A stretch of DNA of 63,955 bases, the filler included, from Reticulomyxa filosa (Eukaryota; Protista; Foraminifera), in assembly GCA_000512085.1 (NCBI GenBank). It is 16 parts of 16 records of this genome, joined end to end, with 100 filler letters (N's around TTAATTAATTAA, not from the genome) between each part and the next. Parts side by side here need not be neighbours in the genome. Positions count along the whole stretch, not along the records: positions 1 to 11,017 come from ASPP01020326.1; positions 11,118 to 14,292 come from ASPP01006005.1; 14 more parts are not named here. One strand, 5' to 3'. The position numbers and the translations under genes were made by a program. The number at the start of each line of letters is the position of its first letter. Positions within the stretch are counted from its first letter, which is position 1. The notes beneath the pieces were generated by a model. The model was not told the origin of the DNA. It made no database searches and worked only from the letters and a program-made list of their open reading frames with translations. This document shows positions 1 to 11,781 of the stretch, one piece after another.

Positions 1-250
1 ATGACACAGTCAATGTTATATCACAACTTCCTCCTCTTGAATGGCGACGAAGACAAGAAGAAGTGAAGCTATATAATAAGTGAATATCCAATTACTGGCA
101 TTACAACCAACATTGGATCGAAGCAATGAGACTTGCATTGGAGTATTTTGGGTAGATTCCATTATGGAAGAGTGATTATCCTGACCGATTGCAAGTTCGT
201 TATCAATGCGATTTTTAATAAATGGGATTCAGAATCTATAAAGTGTCAAT
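1..250 (+). mobile_element. Degenerate non-LTR retrotransposon (LINE) ORF2 fragment, post-RT region
   Basis: Frame 3 reads DTVNVISQLPPLEWRRRQEEVKLYNK*, matching the LPPLxxRR motif that follows the RT domain in LINE ORF2. Stops follow. Confidence 0.55.
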
Positions 251-3200
251 TATAGATTGTCAAAAGATCCTAAGATCATTTAATGATGATAACGTTCCTC
301 CGGTTCTTCGCGCATGTCAAATGCTCATCTTTTCCGCCATGTCGCCATGAGGAATGTAGTCGTACATGTTGCCCTTTCCTCTAAGCGTGGCTGTTTTTCA
401 CCTACTTTTGGCTTTCACTTGCCAATGATGAAAGGGGTTATTATTTTTTTTTTTGCCCTTGCTGAACGGCTTTCTTGTTATCACTACGATCAGCAAAAGA
501 CTCTTTCTTTTAACCGCGCGTACCTCAAAATTGTGGGATATATTTGCTGAACCGACGACTACCCAGATAAATTGCAGCGAATATGTTGCAAAAGGGAAAA
601 AAATTGAAGACACACTAATCACAATATCTCAAAAATTCAAAATCTTTATAAAAAAAAATTTCACTAATTGAAAATTCTTCGGATTTTGTTTCCCGATATC
701 TGATTATTTGAGAAACTTTCGGGTTTCTTCATTATCTTTCGATATCTTTTGAAATATCTAGATGCCGCGATTTTGCTTTTGAGATCTTGCTAATCTTTCA
801 TAATGATCGTCGATGATGATATATTTATTGTTTATTTTTTTGGACTTAATTGGAATTGTCGTCGAATTTTCATGTTTTTCTTCCACACGTTTTTACAATC
901 ATTATCAGCTAGTGAGTTTCTGTTTTGCCCGAGGTTCAATAGAAGTTACCCGACCCTCGGAGTTCTTCCAAACACAAAAACCGGTATTTGCCTCGATTGC
1001 TAATTTCTCAAAGGCGTCGAACACTCTTAAGACAATTAATTTTCGACCTTCTCCCGCAAGCCTCCCGTTTCCAGTAAAAGGGTTTCTATCCCAGCTACTA
1101 GTAGGTTGCACATCAGTACTCTTAAAGCACCTGAGGTCAAGATACGCTGTAAGTTTTAAAAGCACTTCCACCTCTCACAGTCACACACTACGCAGTTGCT
1201 GACTGACGACAACCCTCAAAAATGAATTGCAACAAAAGACGTTGCCAAAAACAATAACAAAAGGGAAGAAGTCACACTACAATCACAATGTTAGAAAATA
1301 AAAAATTTTATATCACTATAAAAAAAAATTTTTTTACTAGTTAAAAAATTTCTTTCTTTCTTGGTCCGAAAAATCTTGAGTAACTTTCTTGGACGAAACG
1401 ACTTGAGTAAATTTTCAAAATCTTTTTCAAAACTTAAGAGATGTCGAAGTATCTTGACACTTCCAAGCAAAATTTCTTTCAAAATATAATTTTTTTTTTT
1501 AATGATGACAATGTTCCAGAGATCTATTAGACAAAGGTCGTTCTAGTATTCCTGAAAATAGTGATGCTTGCAATTCCTGAATGATCATTGGTTGAACCAC
1601 TTTTTCACATAGCATACATTGATTTGTGAAGGTATTGATATTACAAGACATGTGATGGATGTGCGATCATTTGAAAAGATTGTATTGTGTTCATAGTGAA
1701 CGCTAGTCGTTTATCGATCGATTACTGTCAAAGATATATTGAATGATATTTGTACAATTCATCATTTGTGATCGATCGTGCGAACCAGATATCATGATCA
1801 AAAATCAGCCAACAGTTGTGAAAACAATTTTGTTTCTTCATTATGGATCGTCAGTTGGGATTGCAGTAGCGTTTGTCAACCGAATCCTCTTAGTTCTTGT
1901 TTTCGAATTGTTTAATTCTCATAAAATATTGCGTTAAGTTCAATCTACTTCTTTTTAAAAAATTTAAATACGTGTCATCATCAAAAATAGTGTTAATTTA
2001 TTCGACTGATTTGTTTAGTGGCAAAGTTACATCTTCGTTTGGCCCGTTGACTAGTTGACATATATTTGACATTTCACTTTATATGATATTTTCAACTAGT
2101 ACATTTTCTATTATCTTGTATGTATTCATGCAGTATATAAAGCTTTAAACAATTGTCAAGTTATATTTTTTATAATTCTATTAACATTTAGTTTTGTCAA
2201 TTTAGCATTATGCTGTCATTATTTTAAAAGATAAATTTTTTATATAAATATAAGTATGATCACACTGCTGTCAATTGCAGATTTGAAGTTATCACTAAAC
2301 TTGCTAATGAGCTAAAGAAAAGCACCATTATTTTTTTCTTTTCGAAAAATAGTTCCATGTATGATACTAGTTCGTTTCTTTATGTCGATAATGGTCTTGT
2401 TGATTTATCTTGATATCTGTAGAGATTATTCGCTTAGTCTAAAGTATTTAATGAAATCGTTTATCAATATAGTGTATGCAGCATAAATGCACTATGTTGC
2501 TGTGATTGTTTACATCAACACATCTTAATTTCAAATTTATGACCTTGCTGTTCATCACACTAATGTACTCTAATCAATCAAGTTCAACTCAGTGATCATA
2601 GATCATATTCACACCATTTGATCAATGATCTGTGCACTTTGCAGTCTTTGATTCGTTAACAGGCCGCTCGTTGGTGCACTCATCATCAAGATCAGACATT
2701 TCGTATGTTGATGAACTAGTTACAATATCTATTATTTTTTGCTTAACGTTGATTCCATTTCACATTTGTCAGTTCTGGTATGTTCCAATGCTAGCAAACT
2801 CATTTAGCGAGTATATCTTCTGGTTTATTAGTTTTCGCTCACTTTCTTACTCAGTGCCAATAGTCTTCTAAGTCTCATTAAAGTCATATAAACTTTTGTT
2901 TTTATGTACGGAAACTCGTTTTATTCCAAATTCACTTTACCTGATTATTTAGTTAGTACAATTATTATGAAAGTGTCAATTATTCGCTTTTCTCGTTGTC
3001 GTTACTGTTCTGATTTGTACAGTACTTAGATGCATTTATCGACATGTCCGTCCCCCTTAGCATGATGTTATATCCCATATGTTCTCTAACGCTTCTCTAA
3101 TTTACAAATATGTCATGTACATCACCAAAAACGTTTTATGCTAGAAACTGCTGTTAATGTTCTGATTTTTTAGTCGCACTGGGCTAAAACTGTAGTCCAT

Positions 3201-5452
3201 GATAGATCAATATGTTGACTCTCCAAATTGGTGAACACTGCAACTTGTTGCTATATACATTTTTGTTGTTGTGATAGTGAGTTTTTTCTCCTTCATCTTC
3301 AACTCTCAGTCACTCTCACCAATTTGCATTTTATACACATATTTCACCAACCAAAATAAATTGCTTCATTTGGAAGTAAGCTCTGCTCTTGATTTGATTC
3401 TTTTTACTTTCAAACGCATCTATAACAATATATCCTTGAACTAATGTCTTTTTTTCAAGTTTTCTTTGTTCACACCTTATGTTTTGACGTTTTTTAAGGT
3501 TTTCTAGTGCACGCTGTGAAAGATACAGTAATTTACCATAGCATCACAAATGTTTTTGATGATAACTGAAGAGGAAACAGGAAGAATGAACAAAGTTTGT
3601 TTTTTAAAATAATTGAGCATTGACAATTTAAAAATATTTTATTGAAACTCAAAATGTAAAATCCAAATTTGGAATTGTCTCACTTTTTTGCTAATAATAA
3701 ATGTACTACTTCAAACGAAAAATTGTAAAAATGAGTTATGCATATGCTCATTTTGGTGCATCAGCGTATTTATTTGCATGCAATTTATGTCCGGTTAAAT
3801 GATATTGTAAAATTTAAACAATAAATATTTGAGAATTTATTTACTTTGGTCTTGGTGTGAAATTCTAATTTAATAAATGTTATTGAAGTACATGTTCTAT
3901 TAATATCAAAGAGTTGCAACAAAATCTGCAATAATTTTCAAAATATTGATGAATTAGTTTACAATTTTTTTTAGTTTTTGACAAGGAAACCTTAAATACC
4001 ACAATTATTATATATGCAATACACTTTTTCAAAAAATGTTAAACTTTTATCCGCACTATAACTTTTCGACTGAGAATCAAATTCTTTTTATTTAGGTCTA
4101 AAAGTACTTGAATAATATTCTAAGCAACTTGTTCTATGATATACGGATATAATTTATTCATTTTGAGAAGCATATTGAATAAAAAACTGACTAGATTTGG
4201 ATGCAAAAAAGAGGACCAAAAAAAGTTCGTGTTTAAATTGACAACCTAGCTCGACAAAATCATGTAGTTGATACCACGTCAACAAATTTGATATGGTACT
4301 TGGTTTTTTCATTGTAGCAAGCGTTTGCAACTGATATTTATGTAACGAAGTAATAATCAGAAAAAAGGCAGTAATACAAGTAGCAGATTTTCCTCTCAAA
4401 AAATTCTAAAAAAATAAATTTTATAACAACAAAGGTAGTCCGGAAATGAGATAAAAATAACAATTTAAAATTGTGTCACGTGTTAACTTGAGTACAAAGT
4501 TTCAAAATGTGATTATTTTTAATCTTTTTCTTTCATGTGAGAGTGTGAGCGTGCTTATGATTTTTTGAACACTAAAGAAAATGTTAAGGGAAAAAAGATT
4601 GAAAGACGAAGACGTTAAAGCTATTTTAATTGGTGTAAATCAAGTCAAAATCAATAGTGTGTTCATGGCCATTTACAAACAACAAATGCACAATTTATCA
4701 AAAATTCGCAACGAAATTCAAAAATGTGTAAAGAATAATAGTAATGGACATCAACAACATCCAAATTTACAAAAATGATGAAAGGATAGCCCTTCAATTT
4801 TTTTAACCGTACTACCATTGTAAAACAATAGATCTCAGTAAGCGAGATTTCAAAGATACACTTTATTGCAGAGAAAATCCACAACATAAATTTAATATTT
4901 GTAAATTTAAAATCAAAATTATTGAATTGTAAATCATCGAAACGTGAAAATTTGACGCTGCAAAACGCAATCACTGAACCTAATTCGATTAACATTGGCA
5001 TTAACCATTAAAATTGGAACGTAATTTTGGGAGTTCATTAATGAATGGAATTTATTTTGGAAAATATGCATATTTGGTGTTATTCCTATTAAATATGATT
5101 CACTCGCAAAATTAAACTGTCAAGAGTTGTGACAATAACGATAGAGAAATTGTTTGTTTTAATCATATAAAAATTGCATCCTGTCTACCGACTTTTCTTT
5201 ATTAATATAATTGGATTGTTGATTAGTATCTTCAGAGCATAGATTCTGTGGTAAAATTTTCTAAAAGTAACTATCGTCACAACAAAGAAAATAGTCGAGA
5301 TACAAATTGGAAGGGTATTTCATTCAACAACAATTTTTGCTGAAGGAGACAAGATAGTAACAAAAAAAGATTTTTTGATTGTACTTAGATAAAAACAGCA
5401 AAAAAAAGGGCTGCACAAAGAATTAAAAGCAAAAAGGACAAATAAATCCAAA

Positions 5453-8369
5453 TCAATATTTCAACTTTTGGAAAAAAATTAACAGTTTCAATTTAGACAT
5501 AACATTCTGAGTTTTATGATGAGATTGACCAAAATGTTGAATAAAAATAACTAGTGCTTTCTCATAACATTTATTAGCTTCAATTCGATTTTCCATTTCA
5601 AAAAAAATATTTCCTAAAAGAAAATATGATTGACCAACATGTGGATGATTTGAACCCAATTTCTTCAATCTAAAATGTAAACATTTTTCTCCATATTCAA
5701 TTGCATTATCCAATTGTTTTTTATGTTTCAAACAATTTGCCAAATAATGATAACACCAACAAACATCAGGATGATCTTCATTCACTTTCTTCAATCTTAT
5801 TTTCAAAGATTTTTCAAAATATTCCATTGCTTTTTCATATTCTCCTTTTTTTTTCAATACAAGTCCAACAATTTCATAACATTTTGCAATATGCAAATCA
5901 AAACCTTTGTTTTCATGTTTCATAAATATCTCCAAAGCTTTATCACCATATTCTTTGGATTTATTTATTTCATCTTTCATATTCATATACACTAATCCTA
6001 ATACATTGTATAATTCCGCAACAAATGGGTGATTTTCACCAAATTTGTTTAATCGAATTTTCAAAGCTTTTTCATAATATTCTATTGACTTTTCATATTC
6101 TCCTTTTTCAAAGTATGCATTCCCGAAATTACTTAATGATAATGCAACATTTTCGTGATTTGATCCTAATTTATCCAATCTAATTTTCAATGCTTTTTTA
6201 TGATATTCAATTGCTTTATCATATTCTCCTTTCTTTTCGTAAATAACTCCTAAATTATTGTATGAATTAGTAATATCAATGTGATCTGATCCTAATTTAT
6301 CCAAGTAAATCTTCAATGATTTTTCATGATATTCAATTGCATTGTTATATTCTCCTTTTGAAAAATACACATTTCCCAAATTGATGTACGACGAAGCAAC
6401 ATGAATGTGATCTGATCCTAATTTATCCAAGAAAATTTTCAATGACTTTTCATAATATTCAATTGCTTTATCATATTCTCCTTTCTTTTCGTACACACTT
6501 CCCAAATTGTTATACGAATGAGCGACATGAATGTGATTTGATTCTAATTTGCCCAATCTAATTTTCAATGCATTTTCATGACATTTTAATGCTTTGTCTT
6601 GATCTCCTTTCATATAGTATGAATTACCTAACAATTCACAAGAATCTGCAACATCAATATGAGAATCACCTAATGTTTGTAATCTGATACAAAGTGCAAA
6701 ACGAAATAATGTTATTGATTCATCATAGCTTGATTTATCAAATGAATTAATTCCCAATTGCTTAAAATTATTTGCATCAATAGGTCCAGGACCAATGGGA
6801 ATAAGAGAAACAAATGGAAAATTAATAATAGATTTTTTAGTATGAATAAGATGCTGGGTAATACGACAATTGCCAATTCCATTAATAACACAATCAACAG
6901 CATAAACACATCCATCAATTATAATATCATCAAATATGATATTTTTGGAATGAAAAGAATAAATAAAATAAGGTGAAATAATAATTTTATTTTTCATAAA
7001 TTGATTGGAATTGATCATCATTGAAAAAGGAACATCTTCCCAAAATCTTTTATCATTTATTTTTGCCAATGTATCAATATTTGTTGAAACAACAACAATT
7101 CCTTTTGTTTTTTATCCATCATTTCATTCACCATGTTATGAGCAATTATATTTGCTTTAGTCCATTCTTTATTTTCATCAAATTCTGTTATTTCATTTTT
7201 GGTTTCATCAGACTCTATTATTTCTTTTTTGATTTCATCAGATTCTTTGATTATTTCATCTTTGGAATCAATTACAATTTCATTTTGAAAAGTATTTTTA
7301 TGATAAAAGAAAATATGTTGATGAAATGTTGAAATAGATTGAATAAATTGTGGATTATTTATATATTTATAAATTGATTTTGAAATAAAATTAAAAATAT
7401 ATTGAAATGATTTAGAGAATGAAATATTTTGTATCATAATATCACAAAATAATTGAATAAAATAATTTCCTTTATCAATAGATGTTGATTTATAAAATAT
7501 AATAAATGTATTAGATTGTTTATAAAATAAAGTTTGAATTGGAATATTTTCTTGTGATGAATTAATAATAAATATTTTAGGTTTATTTATAAATGATTTT
7601 GTTTGATAAGTAAATAAATCTTGAATTGTTTTCAAATTTTTATATTTATTATCATCTGATGTAATTAATACATTTTCATTATTAATTATATTTCCATGAC
7701 CACACCATACAAATATTAATGCATTATAATCATTATTTTTATTGTTGTTATTGTTATTATGTTTTGATAAAAATGAATTCAACATCCTTAATGTTAATAT
7801 TTCTGTTCCAAATTTATTTGAATCATAAGTAGAATAAACATTATATCCATAATTTTTTTCAAATAAATTTCGAAGATTTATTAAATCAATTTTAACTCCA
7901 GGTAAATTATTCCATCTTTCATATTTTGAAGCTCCTGTTAATAATACTAATGGATTTGATATTTTATAAATATCATCATTATTATCATCATCTTCTTCTT
8001 CTTCTTCCTTTTGTTCTGGATATTTTTCTTCATTTTCATCTTCATTTTTATTTTATAATCAAAATAAATATATTTCATTATTATTTTTTTTTTAAAAGAA
8101 AAGGCAAAACTGTGAATAAAATGAACAGTAAGATAAACAGGTTGAGATTCAAAAACACGTTGAACTTGGTCATCATTCAGAATAATTTTATTATTTTTAT
8201 CATAGATTTTAAAATCGGGAATGGGATATTTTAAATCATTTTGTTTTTGGGTACTGAGTACTTCTTTTAGTTCCTTTCTCAGCGCTTCAAAAGTCAGGGA
8301 AGTGAGTGTCACTTCCAACTTCTTTTTTTCAACCCAAAGTGACGCTTTCAAGTGTAGTGTGTTTTCCAT
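5453..8369 (-). CDS. Multidomain protein: PB1/ubiquitin-like N-terminus, caspase-fold (peptidase C14-like) domain, beta-rich linker domain and about 9-10 TPR repeats of 42 aa. One intron (8110-8040) and one -1 frameshift (~7103-7113).
   Basis: Exon 1 is 8369-8111 (MENTLHLKASLWVE...), followed by a phase-1 GT..AG intron. Exon 2 reads NPLVLLTGASKY..NLPGVKIDL..L..LFEKNYGY, ALIFVWCGHG and KPKIFIINSSQE. One extra A joins it to the TPR ORF 5453-7069 (units like HVAxSYNNLGxVYxKKGEYDKAIEYYEKSLKI). Confidence 0.85.
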
Positions 8370-8895
8370 TACGATAGCAAAAAACTCAAAAGTTCTTTCA
8401 CGTCATATTTTTGTTTCTTCCCCTTTTTGGACATCTTATTTTGTATACTTTGTTTTAGTTTTATTCTTGCTTGCCAGCTTTTTGCTTTTTTAATTCTTTG
8501 CTTGGTGTTAATACATACATCCGTGGGTGAACATTTTTTAACCTAAACATATGGACTTTCCAATAAATTCTCTATTGTCAAGTGCGTAAAGTAAATAATA
8601 TATTTCATAAGAAGCACTCTATTTTCAGCACTTTTACTTGTATTTATTGGACAATTTCATTCTTTTTTAATTCCATAGGTTTTTCAATATGATAGTTAGG
8701 AACGCCAGAAGTGCCAAGATGGTGACAAAAAAAATATTGAAACAGAAGAAATTGACTTTGATATATTGAAGAAAAACATAAAATTTAATGTTTATGGCAA
8801 CAATGGTGCAATTGGGCCAGTATTTCAACAGTCTACGTTTTCAAAATAGGTCAAAACGCTCTTCTTTTTAGAGTCGGCTCGCCTTTGCTTGCATT

Positions 8896-10794
8896 ATGAG
8901 TGATTTTCCAAAAGTATGTCGAAAGTGTAGTCACAAAACATTGTTTCAATTATTTTTATTCTTAATAATCTGTGTATTAGCACTTGCGACGTTGGCGTTG
9001 ATTTTGGTAATTCGACCAAAGATCCAAAACGAGAATGGGTTACAAGAGGTGAACAAAGATGTGCCATTTTCACTTTCGCATGTAACACCCAGCAATCTGA
9101 CACCATGGCACCTAGTGAAAGGAAGCCCCCGTTATTATTTCTTAGTCGGCGAGTGTCCAGAGCAAGTGTTTTCACACCACAAAGCCTTCCTCGATTCGAG
9201 GCAATGGCTGGAACGACTACAAGAAGCATTTCCACATTGGAAGATCCACACGCTGGCCATCGATCGGTGGCTGGCACCAACACACCAACACGACAATTAC
9301 ACACACGAGGCATTGATCGATTTCACACGACGACAATTGCCAGAGCTCAACACAAGTCACGACAAATTCCAATGGATAATATCGGTCGACTGTAGCAAAA
9401 TATATGGACATATAAAGTCATATTATTCGACGCTATACAAACAACAGCAAGCAAATGGTTTGAGTGCGCAGAGGCAGTATTTGCTCGATGGACCCCCTTT
9501 GCCAATGGATTACCCAAACGAATTGGATAATTTGCTGGCAGACAAGTCGGCCAGGGCTTTTCGTCATGCCATTGGCATTATGCCTCCAACAAACACGCGT
9601 TATTTGAATCGATGGATTAACAACTCTTATTGGGATATCAACATTCAGTAATATACCAAAAAAAAAAAAAAAAAAAAAATTGAAGGAAAATAGCTAATCG
9701 GCATTATTTCTACATATACACACACTTAAAAAAAAAAAGAAGAATTTCTGACATTGGAATACAATCGACCATTGATATTGGAAGAAGTCGGCGAAGTGTT
9801 TGAGATGAACGACATCCAAACAAAGGACTGCAACTCGATCGACGTAAACTTGCAACGGACCAAGTCATGGCCGCGACGGGGATGCATCAGTATGTTGTGG
9901 ATCCAAGGAATATTCCAGAGGGACATGTCGTACGGCTTCAAGCCATTGCAAAAGCAGTTGTACGACGAGCTCATGGATTACAAAAAACTGATTGTCCCGC
10001 AGACGCAACATAGCATGACCGACAATGTGTCCTCGTCGACTCGTCGAAGTCGGTTTTGTGCCATTTCCACCAAGTCGTTCTTTTCGTCCAGATATTTCTT
10101 GGACGCGTTATTTCGACATGTGTTGGTGCACATGCTGGCGAACAGATATCCACAGTTGCCAAAGTGCACTTCGATCGGAGGATATCACGATCACGAGGTC
10201 AATGATAGCAGTCTGTCGTGCAATGTGTACAACCCCAAGTACAAACAGTACGGTCCGACCACGAGTCATCATTTGCTGCCCTTGTGCTTTCAAGACTTTA
10301 TGTTCACGGTCAACTTTGAAAACACCATCACTTATGGATACACTAGCGAAAAAATATACACGGGGTTGCTCGGAGGGAGCATCCCTGTGTATTTAGGAAA
10401 TATCGAAATCAAAGAGCTGATCAACTTGGATCGCGTCATCTATTGCGACCTCACACGATTTTATGACGATGAGTATATCGCTTCGAAAAGAAAAGAGTTC
10501 AGCGATTTGAAAATGCGCAAGTTTTTTGATGAGTCGGAAAACACACACCATAAAAGGCCGGGATACGACGAGCCTAAAATGTTGCAATGGGTTCAAAGTA
10601 TGTTTCAAAAAGGGATGGAGGCATGTGTGGATGAAATTGCCAAAGTGTATCAAAACACCTCGTTGTATGAGTGGAAGTTGCGACAAAATATACTGCACAA
10701 CAACACTTTTCAAAATAGCCATTATGATGGCTCTGTTATTGCTAAAGAATTTGTTCACATTTTAAAATTTTTCAAATCCCCACTTTTTCTTTGA
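8896..10794 (+). CDS. Glycosyltransferase family 10 (alpha-1,3/4-fucosyltransferase-like), type II membrane protein, with one intron ending ~9739
   Basis: N-terminal TM helix (LFQLFLFLIICVLALATLALILVI) and the GT10 motif FMFTVNFENT...YTSEKI...LLGGSIPVYLG. A poly-A-rich intron separates ORFs 8896-9651 and 9754-10794. The donor is uncertain; a phase-compatible GT lies at 9599. Confidence 0.85.
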
Positions 10795-11017
10795 TTCGAC
10801 CAACAAACAAACATACTAAAAATAAAAAAAAAACAAACTTATTTCCATCTCCCGTTTTCTTTTTTTTTTTAAACGAGTCGAGAGAACAAGCAATAATGAT
10901 AATAACAACAATGAACAAACACACTGTTGTTTTCAATCCTAAAAAAAGGGGGCAACATTGTGATTAAGAATCAGTTCTCAATGATGTACATAACAAATAC
11001 AAAATATCATTTTTTTT

Positions 11018-11117
11018 NNNNNNNNNNNNNNNNNNNNNNNNNNNNNNNNNNNNNNNNNNNNTTAATTAATTAANNNNNNNNNNNNNNNNNNNNNNNNNNN
11101 NNNNNNNNNNNNNNNNN
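11018..11117. other. Artificial contig-joining spacer N44-TTAATTAATTAA-N44, the first of 15. The others start at 14293, 18102, 25255, 29323, 34938, 40969, 42803, 43980, 47317, 49355, 56474, 57574, 60783 and 62584, each 100 nt.
   Basis: Identical 100-nt blocks with a six-frame-stop palindrome. Genes are cut off at them, often at homopolymer runs. Confidence 0.98.
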
Positions 11118-11154
<37 letters not shown>

Positions 11155-11199
11155 AGACACGCAAAGATAATTTTTTTAATAAGAGGGAATAAAGGTCCA

Positions 11200-11781
11200 T
11201 CAAAAAAAAAAACTGATAATAAGCAGAACAATATCAGTTGGCATGAATTCCAATGCTCCTTCAAGAATGCTTTGCAAGTCTTTGTACATTTGACTGTACA
11301 TTTTTACTGCGTAGTAGTCATTAATTGTATGTAGCTTGTCTTCATCGGTGTCAATACCATACAATTTTTTAATGCTCAAAATATCATAAAATAACAAATC
11401 ATAGGTTAGTACATTACTCAAGACATATACACTATTTCCATTGATTTCAAATGGATCATCACCTTTCACTGCATTCCACTGACACAAAAAATACAGCATG
11501 CACTTTCGATCCGTTTCGTTGTACTCATGAAACTCCAATATACGATTTGATAGTTCCTCTATCGCAATTTTAAGAGCTAATTGGATCTGATCACTAGGGA
11601 GAGCCTTTATTAATATTTCGATTAAATCTGCTCGATTATTGACGAGCAAATTTTTCACAAACCATTTAGTCTTGTCTTCGTCTGTTTCAAGGAGTTTGGA
11701 TGAAAGATAGGATTTGAATTGATTTGGACTGATATCAACAATTCCTGGCCGTTTTGTAGCAAAAAAACTCATAAGCGTCAT
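11200..11781 (-). CDS. Hypothetical protein (193 aa) with a C-terminal F-box/SOCS-box-like motif
   Basis: Clean ORF with normal composition, ending LQSILEGALEFMPTDIVLLIISFFF. Confidence 0.5.
   Translation of the reverse strand: MTLMSFFATKRPGIVDISPNQFKSYLSSKLLETDEDKTKWFVKNLLVNNRADLIEILIKALPSDQIQLALKIAIEELSNRILEFHEYNETDRKCMLYFLCQWNAVKGDDPFEINGNSVYVLSNVLTYDLLFYDILSIKKLYGIDTDEDKLHTINDYYAVKMYSQMYKDLQSILEGALEFMPTDIVLLIISFFF

Noticed and set aside
300-5400. Short ORFs of 60-130 aa in the first 5 kb, and similar ones at 19300-20600, 42903-43979 and 62684-63955
   Set aside because: They show no recognisable motifs or consistent splice structure, and are probably intergenic DNA or very decayed repeats.
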